Shown: one piece after another, positions 8,437-16,943 of the stretch | Layout of the letters: every line of letters starts with the position of its first letter | Numbering within the stretch: the stretch's first letter is position 1 | Origin: a virus | Taxonomy: Duplodnaviria > Caudoviricetes | Strand: one strand, 5' to 3' | Virus record (IMG/VR): IMGVR_UViG_3300032234_000004 | Location: 1-41,978 of that record | Length of the DNA: 41,978 nt | Made by a program: the position numbers and the translations under genes | Notes under the pieces: model-generated | Databases searched by the model: none | What the model was told of the DNA's origin: nothing | The model's input: only the letters and a program-made list of their open reading frames with translations

Positions 8437-9273
8437 GTGAAAAAGAAAGTTAGAAAGTTTGCCAGTGGTGGCGACATCCTTACTACCGCAGGCGCAATTT
8501 TGCTTGGTAAACACCTGTACGATAAGTACAAAGAAGGCAAAGGCAAGAGCGACGAAGATAGCGATTACGCTCGTAAAGCCAAAGAGTTCAGAGACAAGAA
8601 AAATGCAGAAGCTACCGCTGTGGAATCGAAAGCGGAGCCAAAGACTGAATCAAGAGAAGAATATCTTGAGAAACGCGGGGCTAAGCCCCTGCAAGAAACC
8701 GGCACCCGTGCGAATCCTTATTATACAGAGGACGAGCCAGCACCCAAGAAATCAGTAGTAACAACTACGCCTAAGAAAGCAGCACCGGTGGCTAAGAAAG
8801 CTACGCCAGCGACACCAGCGGCTAAGAGCGAAGCGCCGAAGTCGGTAGTATTTAAGCCCACAGAAGATAGCAAGAAGGCTGAGTCGCCAGTAAGCAAGAA
8901 GGCTGAGTCGCCAGTAAAGCTGGGCTCACCGGGCAGTTACAAGTTTGACTCCAAGCCTGATCTTAGTACGCCAAAAGGCTTTGATCTAAAAGGCACTAAT
9001 AAGACTGTGTACGGCACTGACACGACTAGCGTGTTCCAGAAGAAAGCCGCGCAGGAGCGTGCTGAAGCTGAAGAGAAAGCCAAGAAGAAAGCAAGAGAGC
9101 AAGCAAATATCCGCAGCGGAGAATCTGAGCGAATGATGCGTGAGTCATTGGGTTCTGGGTTTAGGCGTGGCGGTGCAGTCAAGAAGTACGCATCCGGCGG
9201 CTCGGTAAGTTCAGCGTCCAAGCGTGCTGACGGCATCGCACAACGTGGCAAGACTAAAGGGAGAGTTTGCTAA
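8437..9273 (+). CDS. Lys/Ala/Pro-rich protein with FxxGG motifs and an ADG box
   Basis: FASGG, FRRGG and YASGG, with a C-terminal SASKRADGIAQRGKTKGRVC. Confidence 0.75.
   Translation: MKKKVRKFASGGDILTTAGAILLGKHLYDKYKEGKGKSDEDSDYARKAKEFRDKKNAEATAVESKAEPKTESREEYLEKRGAKPLQETGTRANPYYTEDEPAPKKSVVTTTPKKAAPVAKKATPATPAAKSEAPKSVVFKPTEDSKKAESPVSKKAESPVKLGSPGSYKFDSKPDLSTPKGFDLKGTNKTVYGTDTTSVFQKKAAQERAEAEEKAKKKAREQANIRSGESERMMRESLGSGFRRGGAVKKYASGGSVSSASKRADGIAQRGKTKGRVC
8869..8916 (+). repeat. Perfect 24-bp tandem duplication (encodes SKKAESPV twice)
   Basis: agcaagaaggctgagtcgccagta at 8869-8892 and at 8893-8916. Confidence 0.95.
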
Positions 9274-9497
9274 TGGCTAAGCAAGATGATCGTCGTCCGA
9301 AGGGCGACACTGGTGTGGCTGAAATTTATACCGCAGATAAGGGCAGCCCACCGGCTGATCCAGATATGGGTTCGGTAAAAGGCGCTAAGCCAGTAGCTCC
9401 TTCTAAGCCTGTGAAGAAAATGGCAAATGGGGGTTCAGCCTCTGCTCGTGCTGACGGCTGTGCGCAGCGCGGCAAGACTCGCGGGAAGATCGTCTAA
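9273..9497 (+). CDS. Small basic GG/ADG-box protein
   Basis: TAATG-coupled start at 9273. Ends KKMANGGSASARADGCAQRGKTRGKIV. Confidence 0.75.
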   Translation: MAKQDDRRPKGDTGVAEIYTADKGSPPADPDMGSVKGAKPVAPSKPVKKMANGGSASARADGCAQRGKTRGKIV

Positions 9498-10270
9498 TGC
9501 CAAGCGTCTCAGCTAAACAACACCGTCTCATGGCTGCGGTGGCAACTAATCCAGCCGTGGCTAAGAAAACTAAGATTCCACAATCTGTGGGAAAAGAGTT
9601 TATGGAAGCTGACAAAGGCAAGAAGTTTAAAGGAGGCGGTGAAATGAAAGAGTCAAAAGAGATGGTCAAGAAGGAGATAGGCTTCATGAAGAAGAAGGGT
9701 GCTCCTAAGTCCATGATCAAGCATGAGATGAAAGAAGCTGGCATGAAGAAGATGGCCTCGGGCGGTCTGGCTGCTGGTCACAAGTCAGCTGATGGCATCG
9801 CTATGAAAGGCAAGACCAAGGGCAAAGAAGTCAAGATGGCTATGGGTGGTGCTGCACTAGGCGCGGCTAAAGCCTACGCAGCTGGCAAGGCAGCCCCGAT
9901 GTTACAAAAGGCCGCAGCAGCGGGTGCGAAAAAAATGGGGCCGACTAATCCAAATGCGGTTAGACCCGGAGGTGGTCTTGGTGCCGCGCCTTCTAAACCC
10001 AAGGCACTTCCACCCGGAATGAATGTCGCAGGAATAAGGGCGGCTACCAAGGGGCTTGGAGATACATTTAAAGGCGCAGCATCCCCTGCAATGCCAGTCG
10101 GTCAACGTCTTGCTTCGCTTTCTTCGGCTGCTAAAAAGCTCACGATGGGTAAAAAAGCTGGCGGCCTAGCTGCTGGTCACAAAGAAGCCGACGGTATTGC
10201 CAAGAAGGGCAAGACTAAAGCTATGCAGGTCAAGATGGCTGGCGGCGGCAAGACGAAGAAGTACTGCTAA
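9497..10270 (+). CDS. Lys/Met/Gly-rich protein with multiple GG motifs and two ADG boxes
   Basis: FKGGG, MASGG, MAMGG, KKAGG and MAGGG. GGLAAGHKxADGIAxKGKTK occurs twice. Confidence 0.75.
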   Translation: MPSVSAKQHRLMAAVATNPAVAKKTKIPQSVGKEFMEADKGKKFKGGGEMKESKEMVKKEIGFMKKKGAPKSMIKHEMKEAGMKKMASGGLAAGHKSADGIAMKGKTKGKEVKMAMGGAALGAAKAYAAGKAAPMLQKAAAAGAKKMGPTNPNAVRPGGGLGAAPSKPKALPPGMNVAGIRAATKGLGDTFKGAASPAMPVGQRLASLSSAAKKLTMGKKAGGLAAGHKEADGIAKKGKTKAMQVKMAGGGKTKKYC

Positions 10271-10282
10271 TTGGAGGGCGTA

Positions 10283-10546
10283 ATGCCTAAGAAACGCTAT
10301 AACGACGGTGGGGTAACTCAACAGCCTACGTATCCGTTTGGCACGAACGCTCCTGCTGCAACGACGACTTCTGACGGCTCCTCTATGGGTGGGGTAAATC
10401 AGACGTTTAACATGCAGCCGCAAGCAACTGCGCAACCTGCTGCCACTACTGGCGCTACATTTAAAAATGGCGGCAAGGTTGGTTCGGCGTCTAAGCGTGC
10501 GGATGGTATTGCTATGCGGGGTAAAACCCGTGGGAAGCTGTGCTAA
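10283..10546 (+). CDS. Small GG/ADG-box protein
   Basis: SD ggaggg then ATG at 10283. Contains YNDGG and FKNGGKVGSASKRADGIAMRGKTRGKLC. Confidence 0.75.
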   Translation: MPKKRYNDGGVTQQPTYPFGTNAPAATTTSDGSSMGGVNQTFNMQPQATAQPAATTGATFKNGGKVGSASKRADGIAMRGKTRGKLC

Positions 10547-10800
10547 TGATGGCCTCGCGTGGTATGGGTGCAATTAACCCTTCCAAAATGCCCGGTGCAA
10601 AGAAGAAAAAGCGCCGGGATGACACCGACTTTACGCAATATAAAAAGGGCGGAGAGGTGTGGGATAAACCACGCCCCAAGGACTTAGGTAAGTCCAAGAA
10701 GTTAAGCCCCGCTAAGAAGTCCGCAGCAAAAGCTATGGCTAAAGCTGCTGGTAGGCCATACCCGAACTTAGTCGATAACATGCGGGCTGCGAGGAAATAA
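10546..10800 (+). CDS. Small basic protein with a YKKGG motif
   Basis: TAATG-coupled start at 10546. Contains SRGMGAINPSK, YKKGG and AGRPYPNLVDN. Confidence 0.72.
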   Translation: MMASRGMGAINPSKMPGAKKKKRRDDTDFTQYKKGGEVWDKPRPKDLGKSKKLSPAKKSAAKAMAKAAGRPYPNLVDNMRAARK

Positions 10801-11540
10801 TGGCCTTTACAACCAACACAACTAGCTTTAATCCTGACCTCAACGATATATTCGAAGAGGCGTTTGAGCGTTGTGGCTTAGAGTTGCGCACGGGCTATGA
10901 TTTCCGTACCGCACGGCGTAGCCTGAACTTCCTGATTGGTGAGTGGGCTAACCGGGGCGTAAACCTGTGGACTATTGAGCAGGGTTCGATCAACTTGGCG
11001 CAGGGGGTAACTACCTATGATCTACCTAATGATACCGTTGATCTTCTGGAACATGTTATTCGCACTGATTCCGGACAAGGCCCTAATCAGACGGATTTGA
11101 ACATCACCCGTATCTCGGTCTCGACCTACTCGACTATCCCGAACAAGCTGGCACAGGGGCGTCCGATTCAGGTCTGGATTAACCGTCAGTCGGGGCAAAA
11201 GGTTGGGTCTGAAGGGGCTACACCGAAAAACCCGCAGATCAATGTGTGGCCTGCGCCAGATCAGGGCACGACCCAGAACCCGTATTACGTGTTCTATTAC
11301 TGGCGCTTGAAGCGTGTTTATGATGCTGGCGACGGCACGAACGTGATTGATATTCCGTTTCGCTTCCAGAACTGCTTGGTGGCAGGGCTGGCGTATATGC
11401 TGGCAGTTAAGAAAGACAATGTCTCGTTGGATAGATTGAACGTACTCAAAGCGCAGTACGACGAGGCTTGGGAGTTAGCGGCGGGTGAAGACCGTGAGAA
11501 GGCTGCTGATCGACTTGTTCCACGTGAAATGTTCTTCTAA
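10800..11540 (+). CDS. Putative head-tail adaptor (P22 gp4 / tail tubular protein A-like)
   Basis: 246 aa with helical N- and C-termini (IFEEAFERCG, ARRSLN..EWANRG, CLVAGLAYMLA) around a beta insert. Position fits an adaptor. Confidence 0.55.
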   Translation: MAFTTNTTSFNPDLNDIFEEAFERCGLELRTGYDFRTARRSLNFLIGEWANRGVNLWTIEQGSINLAQGVTTYDLPNDTVDLLEHVIRTDSGQGPNQTDLNITRISVSTYSTIPNKLAQGRPIQVWINRQSGQKVGSEGATPKNPQINVWPAPDQGTTQNPYYVFYYWRLKRVYDAGDGTNVIDIPFRFQNCLVAGLAYMLAVKKDNVSLDRLNVLKAQYDEAWELAAGEDREKAADRLVPREMFF

Positions 11541-11947
11541 TGGGCAATAGGTTTTCCAGTGGTAAAAACTCGATTGCGGAATGTGACCGCTGCGGGTTTC
11601 GCTACAAGTTAAAAGAGCTGAAAAAGCTGACGATCAAGACCAAGCAGGTTACGATTAAGGTATGTCCTACGTGTTGGGAACCGGATCAGCCGCAGTTGCA
11701 GTTAGGTATGTATCCAGTGCAAGACCCACAGGCAGTGCGGGAACCACGTCGGGACAACAGCTATTTGCAGTCTGGCTATACGGGCTTGCAGTTGACGTTG
11801 AATACCGACTTTGGCGATCCGTCGGGCGGTAGTAGGATTTTTCAGTGGGGCTGGGCACCGGTTGGTGGGGCAAGCGGCAATGATGTGGGGCTAACGCCGA
11901 ATGCTTTGGCTCCAGCGGGTGTAGTTGGGAATGTAACAATCTCGTAG
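11540..11947 (+). CDS. Zinc-ribbon protein (CxxC...CxxC)
   Basis: CDRCGF and VCPTCWE motifs. TAATG-coupled start. Confidence 0.7.
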   Translation: MGNRFSSGKNSIAECDRCGFRYKLKELKKLTIKTKQVTIKVCPTCWEPDQPQLQLGMYPVQDPQAVREPRRDNSYLQSGYTGLQLTLNTDFGDPSGGSRIFQWGWAPVGGASGNDVGLTPNALAPAGVVGNVTIS

Positions 11948-11955
11948 GAGCAATT

Positions 11956-12117
11956 ATGGACAGCATGAAAAAAGTAGCCAAGGCGGAAGTCAAGGCGCAT
12001 GAGAAGCGGATGCACAAGGGCATGGCTAAAGGCGGCGTGACCGGCGAAGCTATGCGAAAAATGGGTCGTAATATGGCTCGTGCCATGAACCAGAAATCTT
12101 CGGGAAGAGGCCGATAA
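11956..12117 (+). CDS. Small basic MAKGG-motif protein (53 aa, not in the ORF track)
   Basis: SD aggag, ATG at 11956: MDSMKKVAKAEVKAHEKRMHKGMAKGGVTGEAMRKMGRNMARAMNQKSSGRGR. The stop overlaps the next ATG (TAATG). Confidence 0.75.
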   Translation: MDSMKKVAKAEVKAHEKRMHKGMAKGGVTGEAMRKMGRNMARAMNQKSSGRGR

Positions 12118-12311
12118 TGGAAAAGACCAAACTATCTCCACACAAAGCTGAACTGCCCTATACGGCAGGTGCCAAGGTTATGACTGAGATGAACCCGTCA
12201 GTTGCAGGTATCTCTAAGGGTAATTACAAAGAGACCAAGACGACCGGCATCAAAATGCGTGGTACAGGTGCTGCGACTAAGGGTGTAATGGCAAGAGGCC
12301 CGATGGGTTAA
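12117..12311 (+). CDS. Small basic protein
   Basis: 64 aa, ending GIKMRGTGAATKGVMARGPMG. Confidence 0.7.
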   Translation: MEKTKLSPHKAELPYTAGAKVMTEMNPSVAGISKGNYKETKTTGIKMRGTGAATKGVMARGPMG

Positions 12312-12313
12312 TC

Positions 12314-13033
12314 ATGACGTATACCGAGTTGTTCACTGCGGTTAAAAACTACCTGCAAAACGATTTTCCAACGAATACTTGGACGAACGTAGCAGGGACA
12401 GGACTTATTACGTCTGATGGTACTGATCAGATTGACCTGTTTATCCAGCAAGCTGAAGAGCGCGTTTACAACACGGTACAGATTCCTGCGCTCCGCAAGA
12501 ACGTCACGGGTGTAACTACCGGCGGCAATCAATACTTGTCTTGCCCAACTGACTTTTTGTCGGTTTTCTCGATGGCGGTAATTGATGATGATGGCAACTA
12601 TGAGTACCTGCTAAACAAGGATGTGAACTTCATCCGTGCCGCGTACCCAAACCCAAACACCACAGGTATTCCGAAGTACTACGCGTTGTTTGGCCCGACC
12701 GTTGCGTCCAGCGTTATTTCAGATGAACTTAGCTTCATCCTTGGCCCGACCCCTGACATTCTCTACAACGTCGAGCTGCACTATTACTACTATCCTGAGT
12801 CGATCACGACTGCTGCCGATGGGCGTACGTGGCTGGGCGATAACTACTCGCCCGTTCTGCTATATGGCACTCTGGTTGAGGGCTACACCTTCTTAAAGGG
12901 TGAGCAAGACATGATTGCCCAGTATGAGAAGAAGTACCAAGAGGCTATGGGTCAGCTTAACCGTCTGGGCACAGGTCTGGAGCGTGGCGATGCGTACCGC
13001 GATGGTCAGGCAAAGATTAAGGTCAACCCATGA
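12314..13033 (+). CDS. Second putative adaptor/connector protein
   Basis: MTYTELFTAVKNYL, FIQQAEERVY, G-x-PKYY and LLYGTLVEGYTFLKG, resembling podovirus adaptor-type proteins. Confidence 0.55.
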   Translation: MTYTELFTAVKNYLQNDFPTNTWTNVAGTGLITSDGTDQIDLFIQQAEERVYNTVQIPALRKNVTGVTTGGNQYLSCPTDFLSVFSMAVIDDDGNYEYLLNKDVNFIRAAYPNPNTTGIPKYYALFGPTVASSVISDELSFILGPTPDILYNVELHYYYYPESITTAADGRTWLGDNYSPVLLYGTLVEGYTFLKGEQDMIAQYEKKYQEAMGQLNRLGTGLERGDAYRDGQAKIKVNP

Positions 13034-13461
13034 TTCAGCAAGGACTGACAAACAGCTTTAAACAAGAGATGCTCCAAGCAGGGCAGAACTTGGCGACCGA
13101 CACGTTAAAGATGGCGTTGTATACAGCGTTTGCTGATATTGGGCAGTTGACCACTGTGTACACCACAGACAACGAAGTGACCGGCACGGGCTATACCGCA
13201 GGCGGCGTGACCATGACGGGCGTGACAATCAGCACCCAAACTACAGGCCCTAACGCTGGTACGGTGTACGTGGACTTTAACAATGTGTCATGGCCCGGTG
13301 CTAACTTTGAGGCCCGTGGTGCGCTGATCTACAACACCACTCGTAGTAACAAGACCGTAGCAGTGCTGGACTTTGGTTCGGACAAGACGTTTACTTCGAC
13401 AAACAACACCGTCACTATGCCAGCGAATACGGCAACGACGGCTTTAATTCGTTTTCCTTAA
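13030..13461 (+). CDS. Virion structural protein (fibre-attachment region)
   Basis: T-rich beta protein with LKMALYT, GTGYTAGG, ARGALIYN and VAVLDFGSDKT. Confidence 0.65.
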   Translation: MIQQGLTNSFKQEMLQAGQNLATDTLKMALYTAFADIGQLTTVYTTDNEVTGTGYTAGGVTMTGVTISTQTTGPNAGTVYVDFNNVSWPGANFEARGALIYNTTRSNKTVAVLDFGSDKTFTSTNNTVTMPANTATTALIRFP

Positions 13462-13470
13462 GGAGTTATC

Positions 13471-14043
13471 ATGCCTATCGCAAAATCGCAAATGGGTGAA
13501 AGTGTTCAGGCTGGCGTGGGCGCACTCACGACTAGCGATGGGCGCGTCAAGTTTGGTGGTGTGTTTAAGGTCGAGTGTTTCGGCCCTGACGGTCAGAAGA
13601 AGTGGGAAGATGAGTTCCACAACCTTGTCGTTAACCAAGGTTTGCAAGATTTGAACACCAAGTACTTCAAAGGTTCGACATATACCGCTGCTTGGTATCT
13701 TGGCCTAATTACTGGTCCGGGTTCAAGCACCACCTATAACGCTGGTGACACGCTGGCTTCTCATGCTGGCTGGACAGAAGATACTAACTACTCCGGCAAC
13801 CGTAAGTCTGTTACGTTTGGTACGGCGACCACTGCTGATCCGTCTGTGATTGACAACTCAGCAAGCCCTGCCGTGTTTAACATCAACAACACTACGACTG
13901 TTGCAGGCGCGTTCTTGGCTACTGTGGCGTCTGGCACATCGGGCATCCTGTTTTCAGAAGGTGACTTTACTGGCGGCGACAAGCTCGTGGCTAACGGCGA
14001 TACGCTGAACGTCACTTACACCTTCTCGGCTGACGCTGTCTAA
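13471..14043 (+). CDS. Virion structural protein
   Basis: 190 aa with KWEDEFHNLVVNQG and GDTLNVTYTFS. SD aaggag. Confidence 0.65.
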   Translation: MPIAKSQMGESVQAGVGALTTSDGRVKFGGVFKVECFGPDGQKKWEDEFHNLVVNQGLQDLNTKYFKGSTYTAAWYLGLITGPGSSTTYNAGDTLASHAGWTEDTNYSGNRKSVTFGTATTADPSVIDNSASPAVFNINNTTTVAGAFLATVASGTSGILFSEGDFTGGDKLVANGDTLNVTYTFSADAV

Positions 14044-14056
14044 TTAAGGAGCAGTT

Positions 14057-14236
14057 ATGGCAACGACATTTAAAAAGGGCGACACCGTAAAGCTAGTCGC
14101 TACAGTACCGCAAGGCCCTGTGGAAGCTCTGCGTATGGATGAGGATGGCAATTTTTTCTACCTCGTCTCGTGGACTGATGCTGACGGTGTCGTGCAATCT
14201 CGCTGGTTTGAAGAGGCGCAACTGACTGCTGCGTAA
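14057..14236 (+). CDS. Small SH3-like beta protein (59 aa, not in the ORF track)
   Basis: SD aaggag, ATG at 14057: MATTFKKGDTVKLVATVPQGPVEALRMDEDGNFFYLVSWTDADGVVQSRWFEEAQLTAA. Confidence 0.75.
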   Translation: MATTFKKGDTVKLVATVPQGPVEALRMDEDGNFFYLVSWTDADGVVQSRWFEEAQLTAA

Positions 14237-14250
14237 AAAGGTAAAGGCGC

Positions 14251-15456
14251 ATGTTTGGTATTACAACCTTTTCGCAAGCGCCTTTCTCGTCGTTAGGTCA
14301 GAACGTATTTTTTGTTACGGTAGCAGAGACGGTAAACCTTTTAGACGCTGTTGATGACGAGCGGCTTGTATTTGCGGCAAATGATGAGTCTGTAAGTTTT
14401 AGTGAAACGGTTGCTGCACAAGCAGTCTTTGATGGGCAGATTGATGAAGATGCTCAGTTAAATGCAATAAATGCAGCGTTGCAGACCGCAGCCGCTACTC
14501 AAGATGAAGCAGCGTCATTCAGTAGTACTGAGGCAGGGCAGGTTGATTTTGTAGGGGCTGTTGCTGAGTCCGCGACGTTTAACGACACGGTGTCTGGTGT
14601 ACAGACTGCTGAAGGCGCAGTAAACGAAACGGTAAATGTAAGCGCAGTAGTTGCGGGGTCTTCGCCGTTTTCTGATGATATAAGTGAAGCAATAGAAGGC
14701 TATGATCTGAACATCACTTCCGGTGTTCTTATCAGTGTTGTAGAAGACCGAGTTGTTATGCGTAGTATTGTGTCCGGTGTGCAGACGGCAGACGGTGCAA
14801 TTGCTGAAGCAGTAGACGCGAGTGAGACCGTAGCAGCTCAGGCAGACTTTGTAGCAGAGCAGGCAGAAGAAATAGACGCAAGCGCAACTGTAGCAGCGCA
14901 AGCAGACTTTAGTGCAGACATTGATGAGGATGCACAGTTTAATGCAGTTAATACTGGTACGCAGGATGCTTTTGCTCAGCAAACGGAAGCAATAAATGTA
15001 AGTGACACCGTGGCATCGCAAACTAATTTTGCGAGTGCAATAAGTGAGGCATTATCAGGTAGCAACGCTCAGACGGCGCAGGCTGACTTTAACGCAGATA
15101 TTGATGAAGACGTTCAATTTAATAACGAGCAGTCCCCACAAGTAGATTTCGTAGCAGTACAAACGGAAGTAGCTAGATTATTAGATTCACCAAGAGCAGC
15201 GGCTGATTTTATTGTAGCCCTACAAGAGCAAGTCCGGCTCTTGGATTCGCCGTTTGGTCGGTACTTGTGGGAGTTGATTAATGATGGGCAGATACCAAAC
15301 TGGCAGGATATAAACAGCAGCACGACACCGGGATGGGGGTTGATCGAGGCAAGCACTTCATCGGGCTGGCAGACGATAGACAGTAATACGTCACCAAGCT
15401 GGGATGAGATTGATACCGACTCCGGTACTAATTGGAACAAAATAAACACGGTGTAA
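14251..15456 (+). CDS. Acidic repeat protein (20-aa repeats and C-terminal 11-aa Trp repeats), likely a fibre shaft
   Basis: MFGITTFSQAPFSSL start, repeats such as AIAEAVDASETVAAQADFVA, and six W-x-x-I units at the C-terminus. Confidence 0.75.
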   Translation: MFGITTFSQAPFSSLGQNVFFVTVAETVNLLDAVDDERLVFAANDESVSFSETVAAQAVFDGQIDEDAQLNAINAALQTAAATQDEAASFSSTEAGQVDFVGAVAESATFNDTVSGVQTAEGAVNETVNVSAVVAGSSPFSDDISEAIEGYDLNITSGVLISVVEDRVVMRSIVSGVQTADGAIAEAVDASETVAAQADFVAEQAEEIDASATVAAQADFSADIDEDAQFNAVNTGTQDAFAQQTEAINVSDTVASQTNFASAISEALSGSNAQTAQADFNADIDEDVQFNNEQSPQVDFVAVQTEVARLLDSPRAAADFIVALQEQVRLLDSPFGRYLWELINDGQIPNWQDINSSTTPGWGLIEASTSSGWQTIDSNTSPSWDEIDTDSGTNWNKINTV

Positions 15457-15460
15457 TCAA

Positions 15461-15955
15461 ATGGCGCTAGTTGTTGCAGATCGAGTAAAAGAAACTTCAA
15501 CGACCGCTGGGACAGGCACACTGACGCTGGCGGGGGCATCGGCTGGCTTCCAATCTTTTGCCGTCATTGGTAACGGCAACACTACCTACTACACGATTGT
15601 TGATGGAACCACGGGGGCGTGGGAAGTCGGTATCGGTACGTACACAGCATCTGGCACAACGCTCTCCCGCGACACGGTGCTGTCAAACTCATCTGGTACG
15701 ACAACTCAAATTAACTTTGCAGCAAACGTCAAAGACGTATTCGTCACTTATCCGGCGAGCAAGTCTACGTACGAGGATGAGGGGCAGGCGGTTTATGGTG
15801 GTGCAGGCACTGCTGCAATTTATTTGAATGCACAGAACGTAACGGTGAATACTACAGTCGCTTCTGGTTATAACGGCATGAGTGCAGGTACGATTACTGT
15901 TGCAAACGGCATAACGGTGACGGTAGCTAACGGCTCTCGTTGGGTTGTGGTGTAA
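15461..15955 (+). CDS. Tail fibre-associated structural protein
   Basis: MALVVADRVKETSTTAGTGTLTL, WEVGIGTY, KDVFVTYPA and a C-terminal GITVTVANGSRWVVV. Confidence 0.65.
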   Translation: MALVVADRVKETSTTAGTGTLTLAGASAGFQSFAVIGNGNTTYYTIVDGTTGAWEVGIGTYTASGTTLSRDTVLSNSSGTTTQINFAANVKDVFVTYPASKSTYEDEGQAVYGGAGTAAIYLNAQNVTVNTTVASGYNGMSAGTITVANGITVTVANGSRWVVV

Positions 15956-15964
15956 GAGGCAAAA

Positions 15965-16936
15965 ATGACATCAGAAATCAAAGCTGGTAATGCAACGAAC
16001 GGCGTACAGATAACGTCGGACGGTACAGGTGTCCTTGAGATCAAGACGGGTACAGGGGCTGGTACGACTGCGATGGTGCTTGATGCGTCGCAGAACGTGG
16101 GGATTGGCACGAGTTCGCCTTCCGTTGCAACAAATTACAAAGGCATTGTCATTCAAGGCAGCACAACAACTGCTGGCGGCGTATTGCAATTACAGACAAT
16201 TGATTCGTCGTATCAGATGCAAATCTATACGGATAACAACGGAAGCACAATATCAAGCACTGGCAACTATGCTATGCGGTTCCAAACCAACGCCGCAGAA
16301 CGTATGCGTATCGACTCCTCCGGCAACGTGGGGATTGGTACGAGTTCGCCTAGCTCAAGACTTCATGTTAACGCAAGCGCAACCAATAACAGTTACATCT
16401 CCGCAACCGCAGCTGCTGGAGCCGGCGGCGGTATATTGTGCGCTGGTAACAATAACACTGCTGGAGCGGCATCGTTTGATGTTTTTCAGGGCGGAGACAA
16501 CATCGGTTATGTTTACAACCGAGCTAATGCAGCTTTAGTTTTTGGTGCTAACAATACAACACAAGCAGCCATTACAGCCGCAGGTCTATTCCAATTCAAC
16601 TCTGGTTTTGGCTCAGTAGCAACAGCTTACGGTTGTAGAGCATGGGTAAACTTTGACGGCACGTTAACAGGAACAAACGCCCCAAGAGCAGGTGGTAATG
16701 TAACTAGCGTGACAAGGAACTCTCTTGGTAACTACACGATAAATTTTACAACCGCAATGCCTGATATTAACTACTGTACGCTAGTGACTGGCTATTCTGC
16801 TGGCGAAGTATCAACACTAAGAGGCGCATCACAATTCACCGCGCCTACGGCATCAAGTACACGGGTGCAATACATAAACGGTATAAACACCAGCCTTTAT
16901 GATCCGGCGTACGGCAACGTGGCTGTTTTTAGATAG
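15965..16936 (+). CDS. Tail fibre protein
   Basis: Two NVGIGTSSPS repeats (one as ERMRIDSSGNVGIGT) and a C-terminal AYGCRAWVNFDG...GNYTINF domain. Confidence 0.75.
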   Translation: MTSEIKAGNATNGVQITSDGTGVLEIKTGTGAGTTAMVLDASQNVGIGTSSPSVATNYKGIVIQGSTTTAGGVLQLQTIDSSYQMQIYTDNNGSTISSTGNYAMRFQTNAAERMRIDSSGNVGIGTSSPSSRLHVNASATNNSYISATAAAGAGGGILCAGNNNTAGAASFDVFQGGDNIGYVYNRANAALVFGANNTTQAAITAAGLFQFNSGFGSVATAYGCRAWVNFDGTLTGTNAPRAGGNVTSVTRNSLGNYTINFTTAMPDINYCTLVTGYSAGEVSTLRGASQFTAPTASSTRVQYINGINTSLYDPAYGNVAVFR

Positions 16937-16943
16937 GACAAAC

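Noticed and set aside
9241-9260. GKT in the ADG box read as a Walker A motif
   Set aside because: The proteins are tiny, low-complexity and lack a preceding beta strand or any NTPase domain.
9180-10540. Repeated DNA segments considered as a CRISPR array or DGR template/variable repeats
   Set aside because: They are in-frame, irregularly spaced and diverge at synonymous positions. No cas or reverse transcriptase gene is present.
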